Assembly: GCA_964016885.1 (NCBI GenBank)
Contig: OZ024754.1
Coordinates: 23,870,001 to 23,934,000, forward strand
Origin: Eledone cirrhosa
Lineage: Eukaryota
Direction: 5' to 3'
DNA length: 64,000 nt
Shown here: positions 40,201 through 52,599 of the stretch, one piece after another
Layout: every line of letters begins with the position of its first letter
Position numbering within the stretch: the first letter of the stretch is position 1
Made by a program: the position numbers and the translations under genes
The notes under the pieces: model-generated
Told to the model about the DNA's origin: nothing
Database searches by the model: none
The model's input: only the letters and a program-made list of their open reading frames with translations

Positions 40201-41800
40201 TAGACTTAAACCCCAACCCCAATTCTTAGACTTAGACTTATACCCACCCACTAGCATTATACTTCAAACCTTAGAATTAAACCATAACCACAAGCCGTAG
40301 ACTTAAACCCAACACCAAACCTTAGAATTAGCCTTAAACCCAAACCCCAAACCTTAGACATTGATTTAAACCCAAACACTAAGCCTTAGACTTAGACTTA
40401 AACCCCAACCACAAGCCTTAGACATACACTTAAACCCCAACCCCAAAACATAGACTTAGACTTAAACCTCAACCACTAGCATTAGACTGAGACTTAAAAC
40501 CTAACCCCAAGCCTTAGCAAAACGCGTAAACTTAAACCCCAACCCAAAGCCTTAGACTTAGACTTAAACACCAACCCAAGCCTTAGATTTAGACTTAAAC
40601 CCCAACAGACTTAACTTAGACAGATTTAAACGCCAACCCCAAAACTTAGAGTTAAACTTAAACTCCAACCCCAAGCCTTAGACTCAGATTTACACCTCAA
40701 CCCAGGACATAGACTTAGACTTAAACCACAACCCAACAACTTAGACATAGTTTTAATCCCCAACCCCAAGCCTTAGACATAGACGTAAACCCCAACCCCA
40801 AACTTTAGACATAGATTTAAACCTCAACCCCAAGAAACCTCTACCCAAATCCTTAGAATTAGACATAAATCCAAAAGCGAAGGTTTAGACTTACACTTAA
40901 ACCCCAACCCCAAGCCTTAGACTTAGACTTAAACCTCAACCCAAAGCCTTAGACTTAGACTTAAACCACAACCCTAAGCCTTAGATTAGACTTAAACCCC
41001 AACCCCATGCCTTAGATTTAGACTTACACCCAGCCCCTTACCTTAGAAGTAAAATTAAACCGCAACTCCACGACTTAGACTTAGACTTAAACCCCAACCT
41101 CACGCCTTAGACGTAGACACTAACTGCAAACCAAAGCCTTAGACTTAGAATTAAACTACAAACCCAAGCCTTAGACTTAGATTAAATCTCGATCCCCAAG
41201 TCTTAGACTTAGATTTAAATACAAACCACAGGCCTTAGACTTAGACTTAAACCACAACACAAAGCCTTTGAATTAAACCCTAATAACAAGCTTTAGACTT
41301 ACAACCTAACCCCAAACCCAAGCCTTAGCTCAACCCATAGACTTAAATCCCAACACAAAGCCTTAGACTTAGACTTAAACCCCAATCCCAAGCCTTAGAC
41401 ATAGACTTAAACCCCAATGCCAAGTTCAGACATCGATATAAAACCCAACCACAAGCCTTAGACTTCGATTTAAACCCCAACCTTAAGACTTAGACTTAGA
41501 TTTAAACCCCAAGCCATAGACATAGATTTAAACCCCAACTCCAAGCCTTAGACTTAGACTTGAACCCCAACCCCAAGCCTTAGACTTAGAATTAAACCCC
41601 AACCACTAGCATTAGACTTAGTCTTAAACCCCAACTCCAAGCCTCAGAATTGAAACATAACCCCAAGCCTTAGACTTTGACTTAAACACCAACTCATGGC
41701 CTTAGACTTCAACTTAAACCCCAACACCAAACCTTAGACTTAGACTTAAACCCAAGCCTTAGACTTAGATTTAAATACCAACCCCAGGCCTTAGACTTAG

Positions 41801-42120
41801 ACTTAAACGCCAACCCAAAGCCTTAGACTTAGACTTAAAACCCAACCACAAGCATAAGACTTAGACTTAAACCCCAAGCACAAGGCTTAGCGTTAGACAT
41901 GAAGCCCAAGCGCAAGCCTTAGACTTATACTTGAACCCCAACCACAAGCATAAGACTTAGACTTAAACGCCAACCCAAAGCCTTAGACTTAGACTTAAAA
42001 CCCAACCACAAGCATAAGACTTAGACTTAAACCCCAAGCACAAGGCTTAGCGTTAGACATGAAGCCCAAGCGCAAGCCTTAGACTTAGACTTGAACCCCA
42101 ACCACAAGCATAAGACTTAG
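41801..42120 (-). repeat. 160-bp (5 x 32) tandem duplication inside the inverted block
   Basis: ACTTAAACGCCAACCCAAAG at 41801 and 41961 with near-identical continuation. Confidence 0.85.
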
Positions 42121-42569
42121 ACTTAAACCACAACTCCAAGCCTTAGGCTTTGACTTAAACCCCCACCTCAAGCCTTAGACTTAGATTTAAACCCCAATCC
42201 CAAGCCTGAGACTTAAACTTAAACCCCAACCCTACGCCTTAGACTTAGACTTAAACCCAAACTCCTAGCCTTAGACTTAAACTTAAATCCCAACCCCAAG
42301 CCTTAGACATAGACTTAAACCCCAACCCCCAGCCTTAGCCTTTGACTTAAACCCCAACCCCCAGACTTAGACTTAGACTTAAACCCCAAATCCAAGCCTT
42401 AGACTTAGATTTAAACCCCAACCCCTAGCCTTAGACGTAAAGTTAAACCCCAATCCAAAGCTTACACTTAAACCACAACTCCAAGCTTTAGACATAAACC
42501 TTAACCCCAAGCCTTAGACTTAAATTCTAACGCCAACCCTTAGACTTAGACTTAAACCACAAACCCAAG

Positions 42570-45500
42570 TCTAAGGGTTGGAGTTGGGGTTTAAGTCTAA
42601 CTCTAAGGCTTGGTGTTGGGTGTAAGTCTACGGCTTGTGGTTATGGTTTAATTCTAAGGCTTGGAGTTGGGGTTTATGTCTAAGTCTAAGGCTTGGGGTT
42701 GGGGTTTAAGTCTAAGGCGTGGAGTTCGGGTTTAAGTCTAAGTCTAAGTCTTGTGGTTGGGGTTTAAGTCTAAGTCTAAGGCTTGGGTTTGTGGTTTAAG
42801 TCTAAGTCTAAGTGTTGGTTTAGGATTTAAGTCTAAGTCTAAGGTTAGGGTTTAACTTTAAGGCTTGGAGTTGGGGTTTAAGTCTAAATCTAACGCTTGG
42901 GGTTGGGATTCATGTATATCTCTAACGCTTGGGGTTGGGGTTTAAATCTAAGTCTAAGGCTTTAGGTTGGGCTTTAAGTCTAAGGCTTGAGGTTGCGGTT
43001 TAAGTCTAAGTCTAAGTCTTGTGGTTGGGGTTTAAGTTTAAGTCTAAGGCTTTGTGTTGAGGTTTAAGTTTAAGTCTAAGGCTTCGGGTTGGGGTTTAAG
43101 TCTAAGTAGAAGTTTTGTGGTTGGGGTTTAAGTCTAAGTCTTATGCTTGTGTTTGGGGTTCAAGTCTAAGTTTAACGCTTGCGCTTGGGCTTCAAATCTA
43201 ACTCTAAGGTTGGGCTTGGGTTTAAGTCTACGGCTTGTGGTTAAGGTTTAATTCTAAGGCTTGGAGTTGGGGTTTAAGTCTAAGTCTAATGCTAGTGGGT
43301 GGGGTTCAAGTCTAAGTCTAAGGCTTGGCGTGGGGTTTTAAATCTAATTCTAAGGCGTAAGCTTTGGGTTGGGGTTTAAGTCTACGCCTAATGCTTGAGG
43401 TTGGGGTTTAAGTCTAAGTCTAAGTTTAAGTTTAAGTCTAAGTCTAGGGGTTGGGGTTTAGTCTAAGTCTAAGGACTGTGGTTTAAGTCTAAGTCTGCAG
43501 CTTGGGGTTGGTGTTTAAGTCTAAGTATAAGGCTTTGGGTTGGGGTTTAAGTCTAAGGCTTGGAGTTGGGGTTAGGCTTTAAGTCTAAGGCTAGGAGTTG
43601 GGGTTGAAATCTAAGTCTAAGGCTTGGGGTTGGGGTTTAAGTCTAAGTGTAAGGCTTATAGTTGGGGTTTAAGTCTAAGGTTTGTGTTTATGGTTTAATT
43701 CTAAGATTTGTAGTTGGGGATTACGTCTAGTTCTAAAGCTTGGGGTTGGGGTTTATGTCTTAGTCTAAGGCTTGAGGTTCGGTTTTAAATATATGTCTAT
43801 GTCTTGGGGTTTACGTCTAAGTCTAAGGCTAGGGGTTGGGGTTTAAGTCTAAGTCTAAGCCTTTGGGTTGGCGTTTATGTCTAAGTCTAAGACTTGGGAT
43901 TGGGGTTTAAGTCTAAGTCTTGTGATTGGGCTTTAAGTCTATGTGGTTTAAGTCTAATTCTAAGGCTTGTGGTTGGGATTAGGCTTTAAGTCTAAGGCTT
44001 GGGGTTAGTGTTTAAATCTAAGTCTAAGGCTTGGCCTTGGGGTTTAAGTTTATGTCTAAGGCTAGGAGATGGTGTTCAAGTCTAAGTCTAAGGCTTGGGG
44101 TTGGGGTTCAAGTCTAAGTCTAAGACTTATAGTTGGGGTTTAAGTCTAAGGCTTGGTGTTGGGATTTAAGTCTATGTCTAAAGCTATGGTTTGGCTTTAA
44201 GACTAAGTCTAGTGCTAATGGTGGAGGTTTAAATCTAAGACTTTGTTTTGGGTTCGGGTTTAAGTCTATGTCTAAGGCTTGGGGTTGGCATTTAAATCTA
44301 TGTCTAATGGTTGGGGTTGGGGTTTAACTCTAGGCTTCGTGTTGGGTTTAATTCTAAGACTTGGAGTTGGGGTGTATGTCTAATGGGGTGTAAGTCTAAT
44401 GCTAGTGGGTGGGGTTTAAGTCTAAGAATTAGAATTGGTGGTTGGGGTTTAAGTCTAAGTCTAAGACTTGTGGTTCGGGTTTAAGTCTAAGTCTAAGTCT
44501 TGTGGTTTGGGTTTCAGTCTAAGTCTAAGGGTTGGTTTAGGATTTAAGTCTAAGGCTTGGGGTTAGGGTTTAATTCTAAGGCTTGGAGTTGTGGTTTATG
44601 TCTAAGTCTAATGCTAGTGGGTGGGGTTTAAGTCTAAGAATTAGAATTGGTTGTTGGGGTTTAAGTCTAAGACTAAGGCTTTAGGTTGGACTTTAAGTCT
44701 AAGTCTAAGCTTGGGGTTGGGGTTTAAGTCTAAGTCTAAGGCTTGAGTTTGGGGTTTAAGTCTAAGTCTTGGAGTTGGTGTTTAAATTTACGTCTAAGTG
44801 TAGGGGTTGGGGTTTAAGTCTAAGTCTAAGGCTGGGTTTTGTGGTTTAAGTCTAAGTCTAAGGGTTGAAGTTAGGATTTAAGTCTAAGGCTTGGGGTTAG
44901 GTTTTAAGTCTACGGTTTGGATTTAGGGTTTAAGTCTAAGTCTAAGGCTAAGGGTTGGGGTTTAAATCTACGTCTAAGACTTTGGGGTGGCGTTTAAGTC
45001 TAAGTCTAAGGTTTGGGGGTTGGGGTTTAAATCTATGTCTAAGCGTTGGGGTCGGGGTTTAAGTCTAACTCTAAGGCTCGGTGTTGGGTTTAAGTCTACG
45101 GCTTGGGGTTATGGTTTAATTCGAAGGCTTGGAGTTGGGGTTTAAGTGTAAGTCTAATACTAGTAGGTGGGCTTCAAGTCTAAGTCTAAGCCTTGCGGTT
45201 GGGGTGTAAGTCTAAGTCTAAGGTGAGAGTATAAGCCTAATTCTTGGGGTTAGGATTTAAGTCTAATGCTTGGAGTTGTGGTTTAAGTCTAAGACTAAGT
45301 ATAATTTTACGTCTAAGTGTAGGGGTTGGGGTTTAAGTCTAAGTCTAAGGCTTGGGGTTAGGGTTTAAGTCTAAGGTTTGGATTTAGGGTTTAAGTCTAA
45401 GTCTAAGGCTAAGGGTTGGGGTTTAAATCTACGTCTAAGGCTTTGGGGTGGCGTTTAAGTCTAAGTCTAAGGTTTGGGGGTTGGTGTTTAAGCCTAAGTC

Positions 45501-46343
45501 TAAGGCTTAGGTTGGGGTTTAAATCTAAGGCTTCGGATTACGGTTTAAGTCTAAGGCTTGGTGTTACAGTTTAAGTCTAAGTCTAAGGCTAGTGGTTGAG
45601 GTTTAAGTGTAAATCTATGATTTGGGGTTGGGGTTTAAATCTATGTTTAAGGCTTGGAGTTGGGGTTTATGTCTAAGTCTAAGGCTTAGGGTTGGGGTTT
45701 AAATCTATGTCTAAGGGTTGGGGTTGGCATTTAAGTCTAACTCTAAGGCTTGGTGTTGGGTATAAGTCTACGGCTTGTGGTTATGTTTTAATTCTAAGGC
45801 TTCGAGTTGGGGTTTAAGTATAAGTCTAATACTAGTGGGTGGGGTTCAAGTCTAAGCCTAAGGCTTGGGGTTGGGGTTTAAGTCTAAGTCTAAGGCTTAT
45901 GTTTGGGGTGTAAGTCTAAGTCTAAGGTTTGAGTTTAAGCCTAAGTCTTGGGGTTAGGATTTAAGTCTAATGCTTGGGGTTGGGGTCTAAGTCTATGTCT
46001 AAAGCTTGGGGTTGGGGTTTAAGTCTAAGTCTAAGGCTTAGGGTTGGGGTTTAAATCTATGTCTAAGGCTTTGGGTTGGAGTTTAAGTCTAACTCTAAGG
46101 CTTGGTGTTGGGTTTAAGTTTACGGCTTGTGGTTATGGTTTAATTTTAAGGCTTGGAGTTGGGTTTTATGTCTAAGTCTAATACTAGTGGGTGGGGTTTA
46201 AGTCGAAGACTAAGAATTGTGGTTAGGGTTTAAGTCTAAGGCTAAGGCTTGGGGTTCGGATTTAATTCTAAGTCTAAGGCTTGGCGTTGGGGTTTAAGTC
46301 TAAGTCTAAGTCTTGTGGTTAGGGTTTAAGCCTAACTCTAAGG
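42570..46343 (+). repeat. Telomere-like satellite, G-rich strand on +
   Basis: Same 32-bp consensus resumes. Confidence 0.97.
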
Positions 46344-46734
46344 TAGGACCGTAGTGCGCATGCGCCAAGTTTGGACAGCAGTGCGCATGCGCAGTACGGT
46401 CCGACCTTAGCGCATGCGCACTACGGTCCAACCTTCGCGCATGCGCACTTTGGTGCAACCTTATTGCATGCGCAGTGCTGTCCAACCTTCGCGCATGCGC
46501 TGTGCGGTCCGACCTTCGCGCATGTGCACTACGGTCCAACCTTAGCGCATGCGCAGTGCTGTCCAAACTTGGGGCATGCGCAGCACGGTCCAGCCTTCGC
46601 GCATGCACAGTACGGTCCAACCTTCGCGCATGCGCAGTGCGGTCCAACCTTCGCGCATGCGCACTACGGTCGAAACTCGAAACCAATTTCGTTTCGTTTG
46701 GTTTTTTAGGTTCCCCGGTTTCGTTTCGTTTTTT
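46340..46734. repeat. CpG-rich module 1 (left-truncated): 27-28-bp GCGCATGCGC repeats ending in a TTTCG-rich cap
   Basis: Units GGTCCAACCTTCGCGCATGCGCACTAC; the right end is the reverse complement of the left end of modules 4-6. Confidence 0.9.
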
Positions 46735-47485
46735 AAATTAAATTAAATTAAATTAAATTAAATTAAATTAAATTAAATTAAATTAAAATAAATTAAATTA
46801 AATTAAATTAAATTAAATTAAATTAAATTAAATTAAATTAAACTAAATTAAATTAAAATGAATTAAATTAATTAATTAATTAATTAATTAATAAAATAAA
46901 TTAAAATAAAATAAAATAAAATAAATGAAATAAAATAAAATAAAATAAAATAAAATAAAATAAAATAAAATAAAATAAAATAAAATAAATTAAAATAAAA
47001 TAAAATAAAATAAAATAAAATAAAATAAAATAAAATAAATTAAATTAAATTAAATTAAATTAAATTAATTTAAATTAATTAATTATATTAATTAATTAAA
47101 TAATTATTTAATTTAATTTATTTTATTTTATTTTAATTTATTTTAATTTATTTTAATTAATTTAATTAATTAATTAAATAATTTGAATTTAATTTAATTC
47201 ATTAATCAATTAAATTAATTAATTAATTAATTAAATTAATTAAAATAAATTAAAATAAAATAAAATAAAATAAAATAAATAAAATAAAATAATTAATTAA
47301 GTAATTAATTAAATAAAATAAAAATAAAATAAAATGAAATAAAATAAAATAAAATAAAATAAAATAAAATAAAATAAAATAAAATAAAATAAAATAAGTT
47401 TAATTAATTAATTTAATTAATTTAATTTATTTTAATTTAATTTAATTTAATTTAATTTAATTTAATTTAATTTAATTTAATTTAA
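46735..47485. repeat. A/T spacer 1 of (TTAAA)n, (TAAAA)n, (TTAA)n and (TTTAA)n
   Basis: Almost no G/C over 750 bp. Confidence 0.95.
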
Positions 47486-48108
47486 TACCCGGAAATAACC
47501 GGAAATACCCGGAAATACCCGGAAATACCCGGAAACATACGGAAATAGCCCACTGCGCACTGCGCATGCGCCAAGGTTGGACATCACTGCGCATGGGGTG
47601 CCTATAAAACCAAACCAAACCAAACGAAATCGGGGAACATAAAAAACAAACGAAACGAAACCGGGGAAGCTAAAGAACTGAAACGAGACGAAACCGGAGA
47701 ACCTAAAAAACAAAAGAAACGAAACTGGTTTCGAGGTTGGACCATAGTGCGCATGCGCGAAGGTTGGACCGTAGTGCGCATGCGCTAAGGTTGGACCGTA
47801 CTGCGCATGGGCACTGCTGTCCAAACTTGGCGCATGCGCAGTGCGGTCCCACCTTCGCGCATGCGCAGTACTGTTTCGTTTGTTTTTTTTTATGTTCCCC
47901 TGTTTGGTTTCGTTTGGTTTTTTAGATTCGCCGGTTTGGTTTGGTTTGGTTTTTTAGGTACCCCGATTTCGTTTCGTTTTTTAAATTAAATTACGGTCCA
48001 ACCTTAGCGCATGTGCAGTGCTGTCCAACTTGGCGCATACGCAGTGCGCAGTGGGCTATTTCCGGGTGTTTGCGCGTATTTCCGAGTATTTCCGGTTATT
48101 TCCGGATA
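47486..48108. mobile_element. Module 2: fold-back/MITE-like unit with ~100-bp imperfect terminal inverted repeats
   Basis: Begins TACCCGGAAATAACCGGAAAT...AATAGCCCACTGCGCACTGCG and ends CGCAGTGCGCAGTGGGCTATT...ATTTCCGGTTATTTCCGGATA, flanked by TTAA on both sides; mobility is inferred, no transposase is present. Confidence 0.55.
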
Positions 48109-48806
48109 TTAAATTAAATTAAATTAAATTAAATTAAATTAAATTAAACTAAATTAAATTAAAATGAATTAAATTAATTAATTAATTAATTAATTAATAA
48201 AATAAAATAAAATAAAATAAAATAAAATAAATGAAATAAAATAAAATAAAATAAAATAAAATAAAATAAAATAAAATAAAATAAAATAAAATAAATTAAA
48301 ATAAAATAAAATAAAATAAAATAAAATAAAATAAAATAAAATAAAATAAAATAAAATAAATTAAATTAAATTAAATTAAATTAAATTAATTTAAATTAAT
48401 TAATTATATTAATTAATTAAATAATTATTTAATTTAATTTATTTTATTTTATTTTAATTTATTTTAATTTATTTTAATTAATTTAATTAATTAATTAAAT
48501 AATTTGAATTTAATTTAATTCATTAATCAATTAAATTAATTAATTAATTAATTAAATTAATTAAAATAAATTAAAATAAAATAAAATAAAATAAAATAAA
48601 TAAAATAAAATAATTAATTAAGTAATTAATTAAATAAAATAAAAATAAAATAAAATGAAATAAAATAAAATAAAATAAAATAAAATAAAATAAAATAAAA
48701 TAAAATAAAATAAAATAAGTTTAATTAATTAATTTAATTAATTTAATTTATTTTAATTTAATTTAATTTAATTTAATTTAATTTAATTTAATTTAATTTA
48801 ATTTAA
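48109..48806. repeat. A/T spacer 2, copy of spacer 1
   Basis: Same irregularities as spacer 1 (AAACTAAATT, AATTTGAATT, ATTCATTAATCAAT). Confidence 0.95.
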
Positions 48807-49430
48807 TACCCGGAAATAACCGGAAATACCCGGAAATACCCGGAAATACCCGGAAACATACGGAAATAGCCCACTGCGCACTGCGCATGCGCCAAGGTTG
48901 GACATCACTGCGCATGGGGTGCCTATAAAACCAAACCAAACCAAACGAAATCGGGGAACATAAAAAACAAACGAAACGAAACCGGGGAAGCTAAAGAACT
49001 GAAACGAGACGAAACCGGAGAACCTAAAAAACCAAAAGAAACGAAACTGGTTTCGAGGTTGGACCATAGTGCGCATGCGCGAAGGTTGGACCGTAGTGCG
49101 CATGCGCTAAGGTTGGACCGTACTGCGCATGGGCACTGCTGTCCAAGCTTGGCGCATGCGCAGTGCGGTCCCACCTTCGCGCATGCGCAGTACTGTTTCG
49201 TTTGGTTTTTTTTATGTTCCCCTGTTTGGTTTCGTTTGGTTTTTTAGATTCGCCGGTTTGGTTTGGTTTGGTTTTTTAGGTACCCCGATTTCGTTTCGTT
49301 TTTTAAATTAAATTACGGTCCAACCTTAGCGCATGCGCAGTGCTGTCCAACTTGGCGCATACGCAGTGCGCAGTGGGCTATTTCCGGGTGTTTGCGCGTA
49401 TTTCCGAGTATTTCCGGTTATTTCCGGATA
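48807..49430. mobile_element. Module 3: near-identical tandem copy of module 2 (offset 1321 bp)
   Basis: Direct comparison shows only a few substitutions and indels. Confidence 0.55.
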
Positions 49431-49862
49431 TTAAATTAAATTAAATTAAATTAAATTAAATTAATTTAATTAATTAATTAACTAATTAATTAAATTTATT
49501 CTATTTTATTTTATTTTATTTTATTTTATTTTATTTTATTTTATTTTATTTTATTTTATTTTATTTTATTTTATTTTATTTTATTTTATTTTATTTTATT
49601 TTATTTTATTTTATTTTTTTTTATTTATTATATTTTATTTTATTTTTTATTTTATTTTATTTTATTAATTGATTAATTAATTAATTAATTATTTAATTAA
49701 ATTAATTAAATTTATTTTTATTTATTATATTTTATTTTTTATTTTATTTTATTTTATTAATTGATTAATTAATTAATTAATTATTTTACTTCATTTAAAT
49801 TTAATTTAATTTAAATTAATTTAATTTAATTTAATTTAATTTAATTTAATTTAATTTAATTT

Positions 49863-50222
49863 AAAAAACGAAAGGAAATCAGGGAACCTAAAAAACCGAA
49901 ATGCGCCGAAACGGGGGAACCTAAAAAACTAAACCAAACGAAACTGGTTTCGAGGTTGGACCGTAGTGGGCATGCGCGAAGGTTAGACAGTACTGCGCAT
50001 GCGCGAAGGTCGGACTGCACTTCGGATGCGCCAAGTTGTGACAGCACTGCGCATGCGCAGTAATGTCCTACCTTAGCGCATGCGCACTACGGTCCAACCT
50101 TCGCGCATGCGCACTATGGTCCAACCTTAGCGCATGCGCAGTGCTGTCCAACATTGAATCATGCGCAGTGCGCAGTGGGCTATTTCCGGGTGTTTCCTGG
50201 TAATTCCGGTTATTTCCGGGTA
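49863..50222. repeat. Module 4: CGAAA-rich left cap, 27-bp repeats with an internal symmetry centre, (TATTTCCGGG)n right cap
   Basis: Read directly; flanked by A/T spacers 49431-49862 and 50223-50488. Confidence 0.9.
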
Positions 50223-50488
50223 TTAAATTAATTAAATTAATTAATTAATTCATTAATTAATCAAATTAATTTTATTTTATTTTATTTTATTTTATTTTAT
50301 TTTATTTTATTTTATTTTATTTTATTTTATTTTATTTTATTTTATTTTATTTTATTTTATTTTATTTTTATTTTATTTTATTTTATTTTATTTTATTTTA
50401 TTTTATTTTATTTTATTTTATTAATTGATTAATTAATTAATTAATTATTTTAATTCATTTAAATTTAATTTAATTTAATTTAATTTAT

Positions 50489-50819
50489 AAAACGAAACGA
50501 AATCGGGGTACTTAAAAAACCAAACGAAACGAAACCGGGAAACCTAAAAAACCTAAACCAAACGAAACTGGTTTCGAGGTTGTATCGTAATGCGCATGTG
50601 CGAAGGTTGGACCGTACTGCGCATGTGCGAAGGTCGGACAACACTGCGCATGCGCCAAGTTTGGACAGCACTGCGCATGCGCAGTAAGGTCCAACGTTAG
50701 CGCATGCGCACTATGGTCCAACCTTAGCGCATGCGCAGTGCTGTCCAATATTGAATCATGCGCAGTGCGCAGTGGGCTATTTCCGGGTGTTTCCTGGTAA
50801 TTCCGGTTATTTCCGGGTA
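50489..50819. repeat. Module 5, same layout as module 4
   Basis: Shares the private variant ATTGAATCATGCGCAGTGCGC with module 4; followed by A/T spacer 50820-51748. Confidence 0.9.
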
Positions 50820-51748
50820 TTAAATTAATTAAATTAATTAATTAATTAATTAATTAATCAAATTTATTTTATTTTATTTTATTTTATTTTATTTTATTTT
50901 ATTTTATTTTATTTTATTTTATTTTATTTTATTTTATTTTTATTTTATTTAATTAATTAATTATTTAATTAATTAATTAATTAATTATTTTATTCAATCT
51001 AATTCATTTTATTTTATTTTATTTATTTTAATTGATTAATTAATTAATTTAATTGATTAATTAATTAAATTAAATTTAAATTAATTAATTAATTTAATTA
51101 AATTTAAATTAATTAATTAATTAATTAATTTAATTAAATTTAAATTAATTAATTAATTAATTAAATTAATTTAAATAAAATAAAATAAAATAAAATAAAT
51201 TAAATGAAATTAAATAATTCATTAATTAATTAATTAATTAATTTAAATTAAGTCAATTTAATTTAATTTGATTTAATTTATTTTATTTTATTTTTATTTT
51301 ATTTAATTAATTAATTAATTATTTTATTTTGTTTATTTTATATTATTTTATTATATTTTATTTTATTTTAATTAATTAATTAATTAAAATTTAATTTAAT
51401 TAATTAAATAAATTAATTAATTAATTTAATTAAATTTAAATTAATTAATTAATTAATTAAATTAATTAAAATAAATTAAAATAAAATAAAATAAATTAAA
51501 TTAAAGAATTAACTAATTAATTAATTAATTAATTATTTAAATAATTTATTAATTAAATTTATTTTATTTTATTTTATTTTATTTTATTAATTAACTAATT
51601 AATTAATTAATTATGTTAATTCAATTTAATTTAATTTAATTTAATTTAATTTAATTTTAATTTAATTTAATTTAATTTAATATAATTTAATTTAATTTAA
51701 TTTAATTTAATTTAAAATAATTTAATTTAATTTAATTTAATTTAATTT

Positions 51749-52200
51749 AAAAAACGAAACGAAACCGAGGAACCTAAAAAAACCGAAACGAGACGAAACC
51801 GGAGAACCTAGAAAACCAAACGAAACGAAACTGGTTTCGAGGTTGGACCGTAGTGCGCATGCGCGAAGGTTGGACCGTACTGCCCGTGCGCGAAGGTCGG
51901 ACCACACAGCGCAAGTGCCAAGTTTGGGCAGCACTGCGCATGCGCAGTACGGTCCAACGTTAGCGCACGCGTACTACGGTCCAACCTTTGCGCATGCCCA
52001 CTATCGTCCAACCTTAGCGCATGCGCAGTGCTGTCCAACCTTCGCGCATGCGCTGTGCGGTCCGACAATCGCGCATGCGCACTACGGTCCAACCTTAACG
52101 CATGCGCAGTGCTGTCCAACTTTGGCGCATGCGCAGTGCGCAGTGGGCTATTTCGGGGTGTTTCCTGGTATTTCCGGGTATTTCCGGTTATTTCCGGGTA
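51749..52200. repeat. Module 6, same layout with more 27-bp units
   Basis: 51915-52135 is colinear with 46363-46580 of module 1; followed by A/T spacer 52201-52599. Confidence 0.9.
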
Positions 52201-52599
52201 TTAAATTAAATTAAATTAAATTAATTAATTACTTTATTTATTTATTAAATTTATTTTATTTTATTTTATTTTATTTTATTTATTTTTATTTAATTTAATT
52301 AATTAATTAATTAATTAATTATTTTATTTTATTTATTTTATTTTTATTTTATTTTATTTTATTTTATTTTATTTTATTTTATTTTATTTTATTTTATTTT
52401 ATTTTATTTTAATTAATTTAATTAATTACTTAATTAATTAATTTAAATTTAATTTAATTAATTAATTTAATTGATTAATTAATTAAATTTAATTTAATTA
52501 ATTAATTAATTAATTTAATTAATTAAAATAAAATAAAATAAATTAAATTAAATTAATTAATTAATAAGTTAATTTAAATTAATTTAATTTAATTTAATT

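Larger units (their letters stand above)
37255..42569 (-). repeat. Same satellite in inverted orientation (~5.3 kb)
   Basis: Units read TTAAACCCCAACCCCAAGCCTTAGACTTAGAC; switches at AAGGC|TAAACCTAACCC (~37255) and AAACCCAAG|TCTAAGGG (~42569). Confidence 0.97.
46340..52200. promoter_or_regulatory. Dense cluster of NRF1/Ewg/P3A2-type palindromes (GCGCATGCGC) and ETS-like CCGGAAAT motifs; possible CpG-island-like regulatory array
   Basis: Motifs seen directly in dozens of copies and match established consensus sites; function is inferred only. Confidence 0.35.

Noticed and set aside
18068-44327. Short G/L/S/K-rich ORFs in the satellite
   Set aside because: Chance stop-free frames of the hexamer repeat, starting at TTG; the twin ORFs only mirror the 1947-bp duplication
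47603-47609. TATAAAA box in modules 2 and 3
   Set aside because: A one-base variant of the recurring CCTAAAAAA cap sequence, absent from the other modules
46340-52200. CRISPR-like appearance of the 27-28-bp palindromic repeats
   Set aside because: The repeats are contiguous with no unique spacers, there are no cas genes, and the context is eukaryotic
46306-52214. Repetitive ORFs (AHARRLDRT, AHAQYGPTF)
   Set aside because: A 27-bp repeat keeps frame on both strands; frames are open in several phases and broken differently between copies
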